Assembly: GCF_008000775.2 (NCBI RefSeq)
Contig: NZ_CP042905.2
Location: 3,540,001 to 3,572,000 of the forward strand
Source: Promethearchaeum syntrophicum
GTDB taxonomy: Archaea; Asgardarchaeota; Lokiarchaeia; Sigyniarchaeales; Promethearchaeaceae
DNA length: 32,000 nucleotides
Direction of reading: 5' to 3'
The translations under genes were made by a program, and so were the position numbers. Below the pieces are notes generated by a model. That model did no database searches. It was not told the DNA's origin and saw only the letters and a list, made by a program, of their open reading frames with translations. Positions 1-9,341 of the stretch are shown one piece after another; position 1 is the first letter of the stretch; each line of letters starts with the position of its first letter.

Positions 1-890
1 TATTCAAACCAGATCTTTCTCTTGAGTCTATTCAAAAATATCATGTGACAATTATTGGACAAATTCCTGCCCTCTTCAATTTGGAATGGAGATTACCCAA
101 TTACAATACATATAACCTATCTTCGTTAAAATTCGCCTTATATGGTGGACAATCAGTAGGAAAACCTTTCCTGGAAAAGATGAAATTGATGGCACCGAAA
201 TTCGGTTCTGGGATGGGATTATCAGAACTTTCCGGATTCTGCACATACACCCCACTCGACGGAACTGTTGAAGATATTCTAAAGGGTATCGGATATGCAA
301 TGCCGATTACACCAATCTCTATTAGAGAACCCATGAAAGAGGATTTTACTGCGGGTAATGAAAAACTCAAAGGTGAAATCGGGGAAATTTGCTTCTCGGG
401 TCCACAATTATTTTTAGGATACGTATCAGATGAAGAAAATTCTAGTAATACCACTAGTAAGGATGGTTGGTGTTATACTGGTGATTTGGGTTCATATGAT
501 GATGAAGGTTTACATTTTGCTGGGCGATCTAAGCTCATGATAAAACCAAAAGGATATAATGTATATCCTCCTGAAGTGGAGAACTTTCTAATGAATGAGC
601 TCAAAGATAAAGTTGAGAATATTGGGGTAGTTGGGTATGAACATGAAGTATTTAGTGAAGGAATTGTAGCATTTTTAGAAAAGAAAAAAGGTGAAAATTT
701 AACTGAAAATGAAGTTAATAAAGCCGCTAAAGGACTAGCAGCCTATAAAAGACCATCTTTAATAGTTATTTTGGAATATAATGATCTACCATTAAATCGG
801 CTTGAAAAAACGGACTATATATCTCTTAAGAATATGGCTGCACAAAAAATCAAAGAATTAAGGAAAAATGGGGGTTGGGATAAAAAATAA
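1..890 (+). CDS. AMP-binding acyl-CoA synthetase/ligase, C-terminal part (5' truncated by window edge)
   Basis: The frame is open upstream of the GTG at 45 to the window edge (FKPDLSLESIQKYHVTIIGQ...). Motifs: YGGQSVGKPFLEKM, GSGMGLSELSGFCTYTP, GEICFSGPQLFLGY, DGWCYTGDLG, GRSKLMIKPKGYNVYPPEVENFL, RPSLIVILEYNDLPLNRLEKTDY. Confidence 0.93.
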   Translation, partial: FKPDLSLESIQKYHVTIIGQIPALFNLEWRLPNYNTYNLSSLKFALYGGQSVGKPFLEKMKLMAPKFGSGMGLSELSGFCTYTPLDGTVEDILKGIGYAMPITPISIREPMKEDFTAGNEKLKGEIGEICFSGPQLFLGYVSDEENSSNTTSKDGWCYTGDLGSYDDEGLHFAGRSKLMIKPKGYNVYPPEVENFLMNELKDKVENIGVVGYEHEVFSEGIVAFLEKKKGENLTENEVNKAAKGLAAYKRPSLIVILEYNDLPLNRLEKTDYISLKNMAAQKIKELRKNGGWDKK

Positions 891-919
891 TGATATTTCA
901 AGATAATTTATAAAAACCA

Positions 920-1414
920 TTATAAAATTGATTTAAATCTATCTTCGGTTTTTAAAGCAAGTTCTTGGAAAATAATTTTTAATCTCTTGTTAAATTTTTT
1001 AAATTTGCTTGCATCTTTAGTGGTAATATCATATACACTGAATCTGTTTAAAAATTGTATAATCGCATCATCCATACACATGTTTACCTGTTTTTGATTA
1101 GTATCTTTTTCTACAATGCAATAAATAACTAACGGGGGATTTTTTTGCGGTTCGATAAGTTGTAAATGATCTTTTTGCTCGTTTTCCTCATCTGTCGCTT
1201 TTAAGATTTTTAAATCTTTCAATTTAATTAGAATTTTATGCTCACCAATGGAAAAATTTTGAATTTTATCATCAAAAGCAGATTTTGCTAGGGCAATAAC
1301 AGCTTCGGTCAAAACATTACGATCTTTTTGATTTAGAACATCCTCAGATGAATAAAAATATGTTTCGCTTAGACTAATTCCTTTGAATAATATTGCGGTT
1401 TCCAGTATTGTCAA
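920..1414 (-). CDS. small protein with possible longin/roadblock-like fold
   Basis: 164 aa ORF. N-terminal ILETAILFKGISLSETYFYSSEDVLNQKDRN...AVIALAKSAFDDKIQNFSIGEHKILI resembles longin/roadblock beta-beta-alpha openings. Fold call is inference only. Confidence 0.6.
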   Translation of the reverse strand: MTILETAILFKGISLSETYFYSSEDVLNQKDRNVLTEAVIALAKSAFDDKIQNFSIGEHKILIKLKDLKILKATDEENEQKDHLQLIEPQKNPPLVIYCIVEKDTNQKQVNMCMDDAIIQFLNRFSVYDITTKDASKFKKFNKRLKIIFQELALKTEDRFKSIL

Positions 1415-1543
1415 GTCTTACACTCCAAGTATAATGTTAATTTAGTTGTTGAATTTTTTATATTTAATATTTTAGAATATTTCTAACAATAAGATGTATT
1501 AAATCTTAACGTTATTAGAAATGAAATTGAAAAAAAAGTTTAT

Positions 1544-2848
1544 TCATAATATCATTTTAAACCTTTCAACAAGAATTTTTCCTTCAATTTTTTCGTCTGT
1601 CATTATTTCTACACGTGGATTCCATTCCAATTTTTGTATTTGACAATCATTTTGAAATATCTTAAAAATCCAATGGTAATGGTGCAAAAATTCGAAATAT
1701 TCCTGCATTTCAATATTTTGCCATTTGGAAAAATTTGCAACCCGAATTCTTCTGTCCTTTTCCTTTAAATCATAAACACAAGTTGGAACAAACCCACTAC
1801 TAGTAATAACCTTCATAATTGCAAGATTTCCAACCATGGATTCAAAATCTTTAAATTGTGAAATTTGAAGTGTAATGTTAACGGATTTCATTCGATTGGG
1901 GTTTACATCATTTAAAAAATCTAAATTATTAATCGATTCAATTGCAATTGCTAAATTTCTTGAATCAGGGGCACTATAATTCGAATATAAAAATTTCTTT
2001 TGATCACTCGTGTAAATATTTTTTGATGATTTTAAATTTCCAAAAATTCTCAATTTGTTCTTAATTTCATCCCAAACATAAATACCTTTATCAAACTTAA
2101 CTTTCCCATCTCTTAATATCTCAATTTCATGGAAAATGGGGTTTACGTCCGCTCTATATTGCGGATTGAAAATTTGAAACCTTTTATTCTTTATGATTTC
2201 TGGTAAATGGGTATCCATTAAAATTATTTTTTCCAAAGTTGACCATGCATCATAAAAAAGACCAAACTCCAATAAATATTGCCCATTTTCATTTTTATTA
2301 GCTATGTAAAAAGGGATAAATCCTTTTGGATGGGCAACATTTACTTTTTCTCCATTTTGATTATGTAATTGCCCTCGTTGAATTTGAAGTTGAGTGGCTG
2401 CTGATGCCATTCGTGCAGAAATATAAAAGGGATTTCCTTGATGTAAGAAAAAATAGGCATATTCACGAATTCTTCGTGCTTCAATTGACTGGAAACCCAT
2501 TTTTCGATATTTTTTCGCAATCATTGATAATCCCAATTCAATATAATCAATGTCATTTTTAAAATATAGATTGAGAGCAATAGTTCCTATAATATCTTTC
2601 TGTTTTTTATGATAGAACAGGCAAAGAATAATATCCTTGTTAATATTTATTGAACCGGGAAAATAATCATAAGTATCTTGAATAATAGAATCTAGATCCT
2701 TTTTAATTTGATCTTTAGCGATTGATGCATCAGGAAAAATTGATTGGAAATCATAAATTTCTCCATTTATAATGTCAATTATTTGAATAATCTTAGAAGA
2801 TGAATTCTTTCGAATTTTTCTTAGATTTTTAATAGACCATTCTTTCAT
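1544..2848 (-). CDS. GNAT-like N-acetyltransferase-domain protein, uncharacterised
   Basis: 434 aa ORF. KDIIGTIALNLYFKNDIDYIELGLSMIAKKYRKMGFQSIEARRIREYAY has GNAT-like motif A character. Confidence 0.6.
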   Translation of the reverse strand: MKEWSIKNLRKIRKNSSSKIIQIIDIINGEIYDFQSIFPDASIAKDQIKKDLDSIIQDTYDYFPGSININKDIILCLFYHKKQKDIIGTIALNLYFKNDIDYIELGLSMIAKKYRKMGFQSIEARRIREYAYFFLHQGNPFYISARMASAATQLQIQRGQLHNQNGEKVNVAHPKGFIPFYIANKNENGQYLLEFGLFYDAWSTLEKIILMDTHLPEIIKNKRFQIFNPQYRADVNPIFHEIEILRDGKVKFDKGIYVWDEIKNKLRIFGNLKSSKNIYTSDQKKFLYSNYSAPDSRNLAIAIESINNLDFLNDVNPNRMKSVNITLQISQFKDFESMVGNLAIMKVITSSGFVPTCVYDLKEKDRRIRVANFSKWQNIEMQEYFEFLHHYHWIFKIFQNDCQIQKLEWNPRVEIMTDEKIEGKILVERFKMIL

Positions 2849-2967
2849 ATTTTACTTTACATGAAATAACCTTAATTTATAAAAATTTTTTATTTTCTCA
2901 AAATAAAGAACAAATTAGTTAATTTAGAACAGAAAAGGATTTAATAATAAAATAAAGAAAAAAATTT

Positions 2968-3729
2968 TTATGATTCTGGGACTTTCTTAATTCCAAAATA
3001 TATAAAGAATGCACCGGGTAAAATGAATACTAATTGTACTATCAACCCTATCGTTCTAGCAATCTCAGTGTCAATAGTATTAGCATAATAACCTCCAAGT
3101 AATTGAAGATCAAAACATAATATTCCAATTATACTCCTGAGATATTTTCTACTATATATGTTCTTTCCCATTTTTTTTGAGATTTTAAATGTATAATAGA
3201 CTGTAATCGCAAACACGATTTGAGACCAAACAGCCCCATAGAGCCCAAATAAAATCGAATATTTTGGTTTATCATTAATCCATTCAACACCTTCAAACAA
3301 AATGCCAATTACAAATAATCCACTGAGAGCTACAGCATATATTATATTTAACCATATCACTTTCTTTTTTGTATGCACCTTTGTTGAAAAGAACAAGAGA
3401 TTATTAAAATTCAAAAGATGAATTCCAGCAAAAGTTATTAAATAAATCGTTAAAATATTTAAAATTATGTTGACTTGCTCAATATTTATTGCACGATATA
3501 TAATATTCACAACTAATCCAAGAGAAACAGTAATAAAATAAAGTGCTATAGTTGTTGATATTCGATTCTTGTTCCGATGTATTAATAAATAAGCAAAAAT
3601 ACAAAAAATGATTAAAATTACGCTATTAAATACAAAACTTTGAATTTCTTGAGATGTTAACAATTGCATAATACAATATTGAAGGTTGAGAAATATAAAT
3701 GATTTGATTTTGCTATTTTCTTGCGTCAC
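2968..3729 (-). CDS. polytopic membrane protein, unknown function
   Basis: 253 aa with about 7 hydrophobic segments (SVILIIFCIFAYLLI, ITTIALYFITVSLGLVVNIIY, IVFAITVYYTF, IVQLVFILPGAFFIYFGI). Confidence 0.75.
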   Translation of the reverse strand: MTQENSKIKSFIFLNLQYCIMQLLTSQEIQSFVFNSVILIIFCIFAYLLIHRNKNRISTTIALYFITVSLGLVVNIIYRAINIEQVNIILNILTIYLITFAGIHLLNFNNLLFFSTKVHTKKKVIWLNIIYAVALSGLFVIGILFEGVEWINDKPKYSILFGLYGAVWSQIVFAITVYYTFKISKKMGKNIYSRKYLRSIIGILCFDLQLLGGYYANTIDTEIARTIGLIVQLVFILPGAFFIYFGIKKVPES

Positions 3730-3989
3730 TAATGGATAAGGTCATTTTAAGGAATGAACAAATGGTATTTTATTTTTTCTTTTTAAATACTTACGAAAAA
3801 AGATATTGAAAAAAAAGATAGAATTAGATAGTTAATGAGAAGAAGAATGGAAAATTATGAAAAAAGAGATTTTTTTGTTAAAAATTCTCTATTTTTTAAC
3901 CCCAAATTGCACATTGAAAGGTGTTTAGCATCCATCAAGTCGATTTTGTTGATAATTAGAAAAAAAAATATCAGGAAAGACTAAATTAA

Positions 3990-5339
3990 TCAATTAAATA
4001 ATAGTTTTGCAACATTATAATATACTTTTAATGTAAGCTCAACTGTTGTTAAGCGTATTCTTTCATCAATTCCATGCATTAATGTTACCATATCCTTAGT
4101 GGTAACCTTTGGATCAAATAATGAAAATCCATAGCTTTGAACCCCTTTCTCTCTAAAAAATCTCATATCAGTTACCATAGGCATTAATAGAGGAACCAAA
4201 TTTGAACCAGGAAGATCAATATTCACTGCTTTTTCCAATATTGAGATGAATTTTGATGAAGCCTCGCTCGCATTTCCAATTGAAGCAATCCCTCCTTCAT
4301 CTTTTTCAAGATCGGAAATTTCTGTTTCTTTCGCTAGATCCCCCAAAGCTATTTTCAAATGTTTTACAACATAATCATCATTTTGACCGGGAAGAGTTCG
4401 AATATCAACTGCAACTGAAGCATTTGCTGCAATGACGTTTGGGGCAATTCCACCTTTTACAATGTTAGGTGACATTGTCATCCGACTTAAACTGTGAATA
4501 GTTTTAGCAGTATTAGGATCCTTTTTTCTCAATAGTTTTAGTGTTAATGGAAGAAGAAATTTTGTAGTTACCATAAATTTCTGGATTTTACTCATTGCCA
4601 AACCATCTGCAAGGTACCCCAAATATTCTGTTGTAATAGGAATTTTGTTATCACAGTAATTTTGAATCCGAAGAATGGCTTTTGAAGCTTTTACAACAGC
4701 ATTTTCACTACCATAAGGCATCGATCCATGACCTGGCGTACCTGAAAAGGTTAGCTTTTTAAAAGCCCCTCCTTTCTCACCAATCATAAATATTAATTTA
4801 TTTTCGGCGATTGAAATCCCTCCACTTTCAGAAAGACAATAATCTGCTTCAATCAGTTCAGGATGGTTTTCCATCATCCATTTAACACCAAAAGTTCCTC
4901 CCGCTTCCTCATCGGAGACAATAAATAATAGTAATTCCCCTTTATTTATACCTTCTTCATGAATCTTGATAAATGCTTGAACTTGGGTTGCACTGATAAA
5001 AAGCATATCCATTGCTCCTCGACCCCAAATATATCCATCTTTAATTTCTCCTCCAAATGGATCCATAGACCATTTTTCTGGATTTGGAACTGGTACAACA
5101 TCTATATGAGAAGGTCCAAACATTAATGTGGGACCATCTTCAGCACCTTTTATCCGTGCAATAAGATTTCCACGATTTGGAGCTGTTTCGTAAACGCTAC
5201 ATTCAATTCCTTTCGATTTTAAATGGTCTTCAATTGTTCTAATACTTTTCATTTCATTTCCCGGCGGGTTTACACACTTATTTTGAATTAATTTGGAAAT
5301 GAGTTGGGTGGCTTCATCAATCGCATTTTCTGTAATCAT
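3990..5339 (-). CDS. M20 family metallo-hydrolase (ArgE/DapE/ACY1-like)
   Basis: TLMFGPSHIDVVPVP, WSMDPFGGEIKDGYIWGRGAMDM, DEEAGGTFGVKWM, SGGISIAE, GTPGHGSMPYGSENAV, with a C-terminal VTTKDMVTLMHGIDERIR region. Confidence 0.92.
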   Translation of the reverse strand: MITENAIDEATQLISKLIQNKCVNPPGNEMKSIRTIEDHLKSKGIECSVYETAPNRGNLIARIKGAEDGPTLMFGPSHIDVVPVPNPEKWSMDPFGGEIKDGYIWGRGAMDMLFISATQVQAFIKIHEEGINKGELLLFIVSDEEAGGTFGVKWMMENHPELIEADYCLSESGGISIAENKLIFMIGEKGGAFKKLTFSGTPGHGSMPYGSENAVVKASKAILRIQNYCDNKIPITTEYLGYLADGLAMSKIQKFMVTTKFLLPLTLKLLRKKDPNTAKTIHSLSRMTMSPNIVKGGIAPNVIAANASVAVDIRTLPGQNDDYVVKHLKIALGDLAKETEISDLEKDEGGIASIGNASEASSKFISILEKAVNIDLPGSNLVPLLMPMVTDMRFFREKGVQSYGFSLFDPKVTTKDMVTLMHGIDERIRLTTVELTLKVYYNVAKLLFN

Positions 5340-5430
5340 AATAATATATTGTATTTTTTTCCTTTTTAAAAATAGTATTGTTGGATTTATAAAAAATGAG
5401 AAAGATATTGATATAGTGAAGGTAAAAAAA

Positions 5431-7017
5431 ATGGAAGCACAACAAGAAAAAAATAATCAAACAATTGATGAGGAAACAGTGAAAAATGCACCAATAATAA
5501 AGAAAAAGAGTTTAATTAAGAAAATTTTAAGTGAATATAAATCAATTTTACTATTCCTTCCTTTAATTATAATTGTTAGCTCTGATGATGCTACATTAAT
5601 AATTAATGAGGTTTTAATCGTTGCGGATTTCCAATTGGAAACACAAATGGCTTCGTTCGGTGCGTTATTAGCAGTTTCACAAATCACGAAAGCATTTTCC
5701 ACAATTTCATTTGGGTTTTTCTCAGATAAGTATAACAGGAAGAAATTATTAATTATCGCTACATTGGCTTGGTTTACTGGAGATATCATAGTGAGTTTCT
5801 CTACTCGATTTTGGCATTTATTTTTATTTAGAGTCATCGCATCTGCGAGTGCAGGAGCAGTTTCGGCAATAGCATTAAGTTTATTAGCAGATTTATTTTC
5901 AAGTGAAGATAGAGGGATCTCATTTGCAATTTGGGGGGCGTTATCTCTTGTAGGGGTCGGAGTAGGTGCAAGTCTTTGTTCTGCATTTAATAAAGTTGAA
6001 TATGATTTCGATATTAATTCAAGTAATTTTATTGGGAGGATTCAATCAATTAGAAACCAAAATTCTCTAGAAATTATTCGATCATCATGGCAAACTCCTT
6101 TCTTTTTCTTTGCGCTAATTGGTTTAGTATGTTTAATTCTAGTAATATTTCTTAAGGAGCCCAAAAGAGCAGCCAAAGAAAAAATTCTTGAAGGTATTTT
6201 GGTAAATGAAGAGATTGACTATGGAAAATTCTATAGTATTAAATTATCTGATCTAAAATATATCTGGAAACGAAAAACAACATTCTTCCTAGTGATAAAC
6301 TTCTTTGATGTTGTTTTATCCGGTTTATTAGTGGGATCTTTGATTCTTTGGATAACAGTTGATATGGGATTTGGACAATTAAATGATACACCTTCAAAAA
6401 TTTATCTAATGCTCTTTATAGGACCTTTACTTATCGGGGGGATAATAGGAATGTTTTATTGGCCAAAAAAAGCAGATAATATGGTTAAAAAAGGAAATAA
6501 AACAGCACGTGTAAAAATGGCGGTGTTTTTAGGTTGGGCTCATTTACCTTTTTTACTAATCGCTTTTTTCTTCATTCCGGATGCATCAAACCTCACATTT
6601 TTTAATGGAACTATTCAAGCTTCTCCAACAGGTTTCGGGATAGGTATGCTTGCCATGGGAATATTCATAGGAATTGGAATGAATTTAGAATTGGCAGTAG
6701 GTGCGTTACATTACTCAGCAATGATAGATGTAAATTTACCAGAACATCGTGGAACAATGATTGCAGCGGCTTCATTTATTGATGCACTTGGACGAGCTAT
6801 AGGATCATGGGCAGGTTTAGCATTTGTTGATTTCATGCAGGGAACAATCTTTGAAGCAAGACCAGTATCGGGAGCAATATTATTATCAATTCTAACCTTT
6901 GGAATCGGGAGTGGATTGTTATGGTTACCAATATATAAATATGCAGATAAAGATATGGCAGATGTCTCCAAAATATTGGAAGATAGGAAAGAAGAACTTG
7001 AAAGAAAAATTAAGTAA
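5431..7017 (+). CDS. Major facilitator superfamily transporter
   Basis: FGFFSDKYNRKKLLIIATLAWF, ALSLLADLFSSEDRG, multiple TM helices. The tracked ORF starts at 5293 inside the divergent M20 gene; I prefer the ATG at 5431 (MEAQQEKNNQ). Confidence 0.88.
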   Translation: MEAQQEKNNQTIDEETVKNAPIIKKKSLIKKILSEYKSILLFLPLIIIVSSDDATLIINEVLIVADFQLETQMASFGALLAVSQITKAFSTISFGFFSDKYNRKKLLIIATLAWFTGDIIVSFSTRFWHLFLFRVIASASAGAVSAIALSLLADLFSSEDRGISFAIWGALSLVGVGVGASLCSAFNKVEYDFDINSSNFIGRIQSIRNQNSLEIIRSSWQTPFFFFALIGLVCLILVIFLKEPKRAAKEKILEGILVNEEIDYGKFYSIKLSDLKYIWKRKTTFFLVINFFDVVLSGLLVGSLILWITVDMGFGQLNDTPSKIYLMLFIGPLLIGGIIGMFYWPKKADNMVKKGNKTARVKMAVFLGWAHLPFLLIAFFFIPDASNLTFFNGTIQASPTGFGIGMLAMGIFIGIGMNLELAVGALHYSAMIDVNLPEHRGTMIAAASFIDALGRAIGSWAGLAFVDFMQGTIFEARPVSGAILLSILTFGIGSGLLWLPIYKYADKDMADVSKILEDRKEELERKIK

Positions 7018-7026
7018 ATTTCAATT

Positions 7027-7449
7027 TCAGTTTTCCATATAGGATTGAGTCATCCAATTAATTAGTTCTTCATCAATTTCATCTAATTTTTGAATTTTGA
7101 ATTGGTAATAATGCATTTTTTCTTGAACGGGTATAACATTAAGACGGGGGCTTGAGAAAAGAGTATAGGAACGAAAAATTATTTTTAGGGCATTTTTTTG
7201 TATTTGAATGGTTAAAAATTGCGAATTTTTTTTAATTGCGATTATATTTTTTAATGGTTCTATCAAGATTGGCTTAAATTTCTTAAAAATTGAAATAAAT
7301 CTATTATATAATTGAATTGTTGAAGCTGTTCCCTTTTTGAAATGATGTTCCTTTAGTGAATACAGCTCACAACTATGAGATTGGTTTTTTCTCGCAAAAT
7401 TTCTTCCGCAAGTGGGACAGATCCACTTTTGAATCCTCCCATTAGGCAT
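7027..7449 (-). CDS. DUF5655 domain-containing protein with short zinc-ribbon-like N-terminus
   Basis: WICPTCGRNFARKNQSHSCELYSLKEHHFKKG, IDEELINWMTQSYMEN match the recalled DUF5655 pattern. Confidence 0.8.
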   Translation of the reverse strand: MPNGRIQKWICPTCGRNFARKNQSHSCELYSLKEHHFKKGTASTIQLYNRFISIFKKFKPILIEPLKNIIAIKKNSQFLTIQIQKNALKIIFRSYTLFSSPRLNVIPVQEKMHYYQFKIQKLDEIDEELINWMTQSYMEN

Positions 7450-7520
7450 GTATTATCACCATAATTCATAATTTTCAATTGTTCATAACTTTTTATACAT
7501 AGATTTAAATCATTAAATTA

Positions 7521-7542
7521 ATTATGAATAATTATTCATAAT
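7521..7542. promoter_or_regulatory. perfect 22-bp palindrome in divergent intergenic region
   Basis: ATTATGAATAATTATTCATAAT is identical to its reverse complement. It lies between the DUF5655 start (7449) and the DUF5320 ATG (7574), just downstream of TATA-like GATTTAAAT (7502-7510). Confidence 0.5.
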
Positions 7543-7573
7543 AAAAATGAATTGTAAAAAAAAAGTGTTTATT

Positions 7574-7924
7574 ATGCCTCGTGGAGATAGAACTGGACCT
7601 AATGGATTTGGTCCTAGAACTGGTAGAGGATTGGGATATTGTAGTGGATATTCCACTCCTGGCTATTTGACTGATAATGGAATGGGAATGGGAAGAGGTT
7701 ATGGAGGTCGTGGAGGAGGCCGAGGATATGGCCGTGGTCAAGGATATGGTCGTGGATGGAACGCATATCCTCCTGTAAATTATAGCCCTATTTATCCCGC
7801 TCCAGTTTCCTTTGATGAAGAAACATATACAAAAAATCTTGAAAATCAAGTCAAATATTTAGAGGATAGTTTAAAAGCTGTCAAAGAACAACTTGATGCT
7901 CAAAAAGCTAAGAAATCAGAATAA
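7574..7924 (+). CDS. DUF5320 family Gly/Arg-rich small protein with C-terminal coiled coil
   Basis: MPRGDRTGPNGFGPRTGRGLGYCSGYSTPG... then YTKNLENQVKYLEDSLKAVKEQLDAQ. Start moved from 7547 to the ATG at 7574. Confidence 0.88.
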   Translation: MPRGDRTGPNGFGPRTGRGLGYCSGYSTPGYLTDNGMGMGRGYGGRGGGRGYGRGQGYGRGWNAYPPVNYSPIYPAPVSFDEETYTKNLENQVKYLEDSLKAVKEQLDAQKAKKSE

Positions 7925-8000
7925 ATATTTCAATAGGACAAAATATTTTTTTATTTTTTTCTATCCAAAAATCTTTATCAATTAAAGATTAAAATAAACT

Positions 8001-9284
8001 ATGAAATATTCCATTGCATATGGACAAAGTTTACTAGAGTTTACACTTTCGGACGATATTAAAGTAGATTTGATCCGAGCGAAACAAGAATTTCCTATAG
8101 AAAATCCAAAGCAAGCATTATTAAATTCGTTTTCTACTCCATTATCATCCAAATCCCTTAGGGAAATCCTAAGTAAAAGAAAAGAGGGTAATATCTGTGT
8201 AGTTATTTCAGATGCCACCAGACAGATTCCAAGTTCAATTATTTTAGATGCATTAATGGTTGTTTTTGATGATTTAAAAATTCTTGATGAACACATTAAA
8301 ATTCTCATTGCAAATGGAATGCACAGAAAATGCACACCAAATGAGATTAAGGAGATCGTAGATCAGGAAGTCCTTTTTCGGTATGATATTATCAATCATG
8401 ATGCTAACGACGACCAATCCCTTGATTATTTAGGAGAAACTTCACTGAACACACCAGTTTATATCAATAATACATATTTAAATGCATCAATCAAAATTAT
8501 CACGGGTTTTGTTGAACCTCATTTCTTTGCTGGGTTTTCTGGTGGAAGAAAAGCAATAATCCCAGGAATTGCTGGAAAAGAAACAATTTTGGCAAATCAT
8601 TCAGCTAAAAATATAAAATCCCCGAATGCTCGATTTGGGGTTTTAAAAAACAATCCAGTATTCATTGATGCGGATGAAGTTCTTAAAATGAAACAAGTTC
8701 GACCTGATTTTATGATTAACCTCTGTATTAATCAAGACCACCAAATCTCCAAAATTTTTTCAGGTTCTCATCGAATATATAATGAATTAGTTCAATATCA
8801 AGAAAAAATATGTTTTCACCCGATATCTGACCTTTATGATGTTGTTATTACAGGAAATGGAGGATATCCCCTTGATCGAAATCTATACCAAGCGGTAAAG
8901 AGTATGGCAATTGGAGAAATGGCAGTTAGAGAAGGAGGAACAATTATAAGCGTGAATGAATGTATTGATGGAATAGGTCTAGCTTCATTTAGAAACCAAA
9001 TTAATTTAGAATTAACTCCTGAAGAAATAAATCAATCAATCATAAAGGGAAAATTAAATGCTCCTGATCAATGGCAGACTCAAATTCTCACTCGCATCTT
9101 GTCTAAAGCAGATATTTATGTTATTTCATCTATAGAGGCTAAAAATTTGGGGAATATTGGCTTAAAATATGCATCAACTATTGAAGATGCGATCTCTAAT
9201 TGTATAAAGAAATATGGTTCTAAAATGCGAATTTTAATACTCCCTGATGGACCAAAAATTCTTCCAGTGCTTCAAAATCAGTAA
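8001..9284 (+). CDS. larA: LarA-type nickel-dependent lactate racemase family protein (DUF2088)
   Basis: ICVVISDATRQIPSS, NGMHRKCTPNEIKEI, NHDANDD, GFVEPHFFAGFSGGRKAIIPGIAGKETILANHS, ARFGVLKNNP, SVNECIDGIG. Confidence 0.88.
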   Translation: MKYSIAYGQSLLEFTLSDDIKVDLIRAKQEFPIENPKQALLNSFSTPLSSKSLREILSKRKEGNICVVISDATRQIPSSIILDALMVVFDDLKILDEHIKILIANGMHRKCTPNEIKEIVDQEVLFRYDIINHDANDDQSLDYLGETSLNTPVYINNTYLNASIKIITGFVEPHFFAGFSGGRKAIIPGIAGKETILANHSAKNIKSPNARFGVLKNNPVFIDADEVLKMKQVRPDFMINLCINQDHQISKIFSGSHRIYNELVQYQEKICFHPISDLYDVVITGNGGYPLDRNLYQAVKSMAIGEMAVREGGTIISVNECIDGIGLASFRNQINLELTPEEINQSIIKGKLNAPDQWQTQILTRILSKADIYVISSIEAKNLGNIGLKYASTIEDAISNCIKKYGSKMRILILPDGPKILPVLQNQ

Positions 9285-9341
9285 CGCTCTAAAATAGGGA
9301 TGATGAATCATTATAAGTGAGTTTTTTTTATTAATAAATTA

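Noticed and set aside
3730-3989. Possible small RNA in the 260-nt intergenic region
   Set aside because: Only AT-rich, homopolymer-rich sequence; I found no convincing stem, C/D box pair or tRNA-like structure.
5293-5430. N-terminal extension of the MFS ORF (MEMSWVASSIAFSV...)
   Set aside because: It overlaps the divergent M20 gene start and is probably just open AT-rich sequence; the ATG at 5431 is a better start.
7532-7849. Antisense 105-aa ORF opposite DUF5320
   Set aside because: Low-complexity Ser/Thr/Ile pattern mirrors the Gly/Arg-rich sense gene; no promoter or homology cue.
7982-8335. 117-aa ORF antisense to larA
   Set aside because: Lies opposite a strongly supported conserved gene; shadow ORF.
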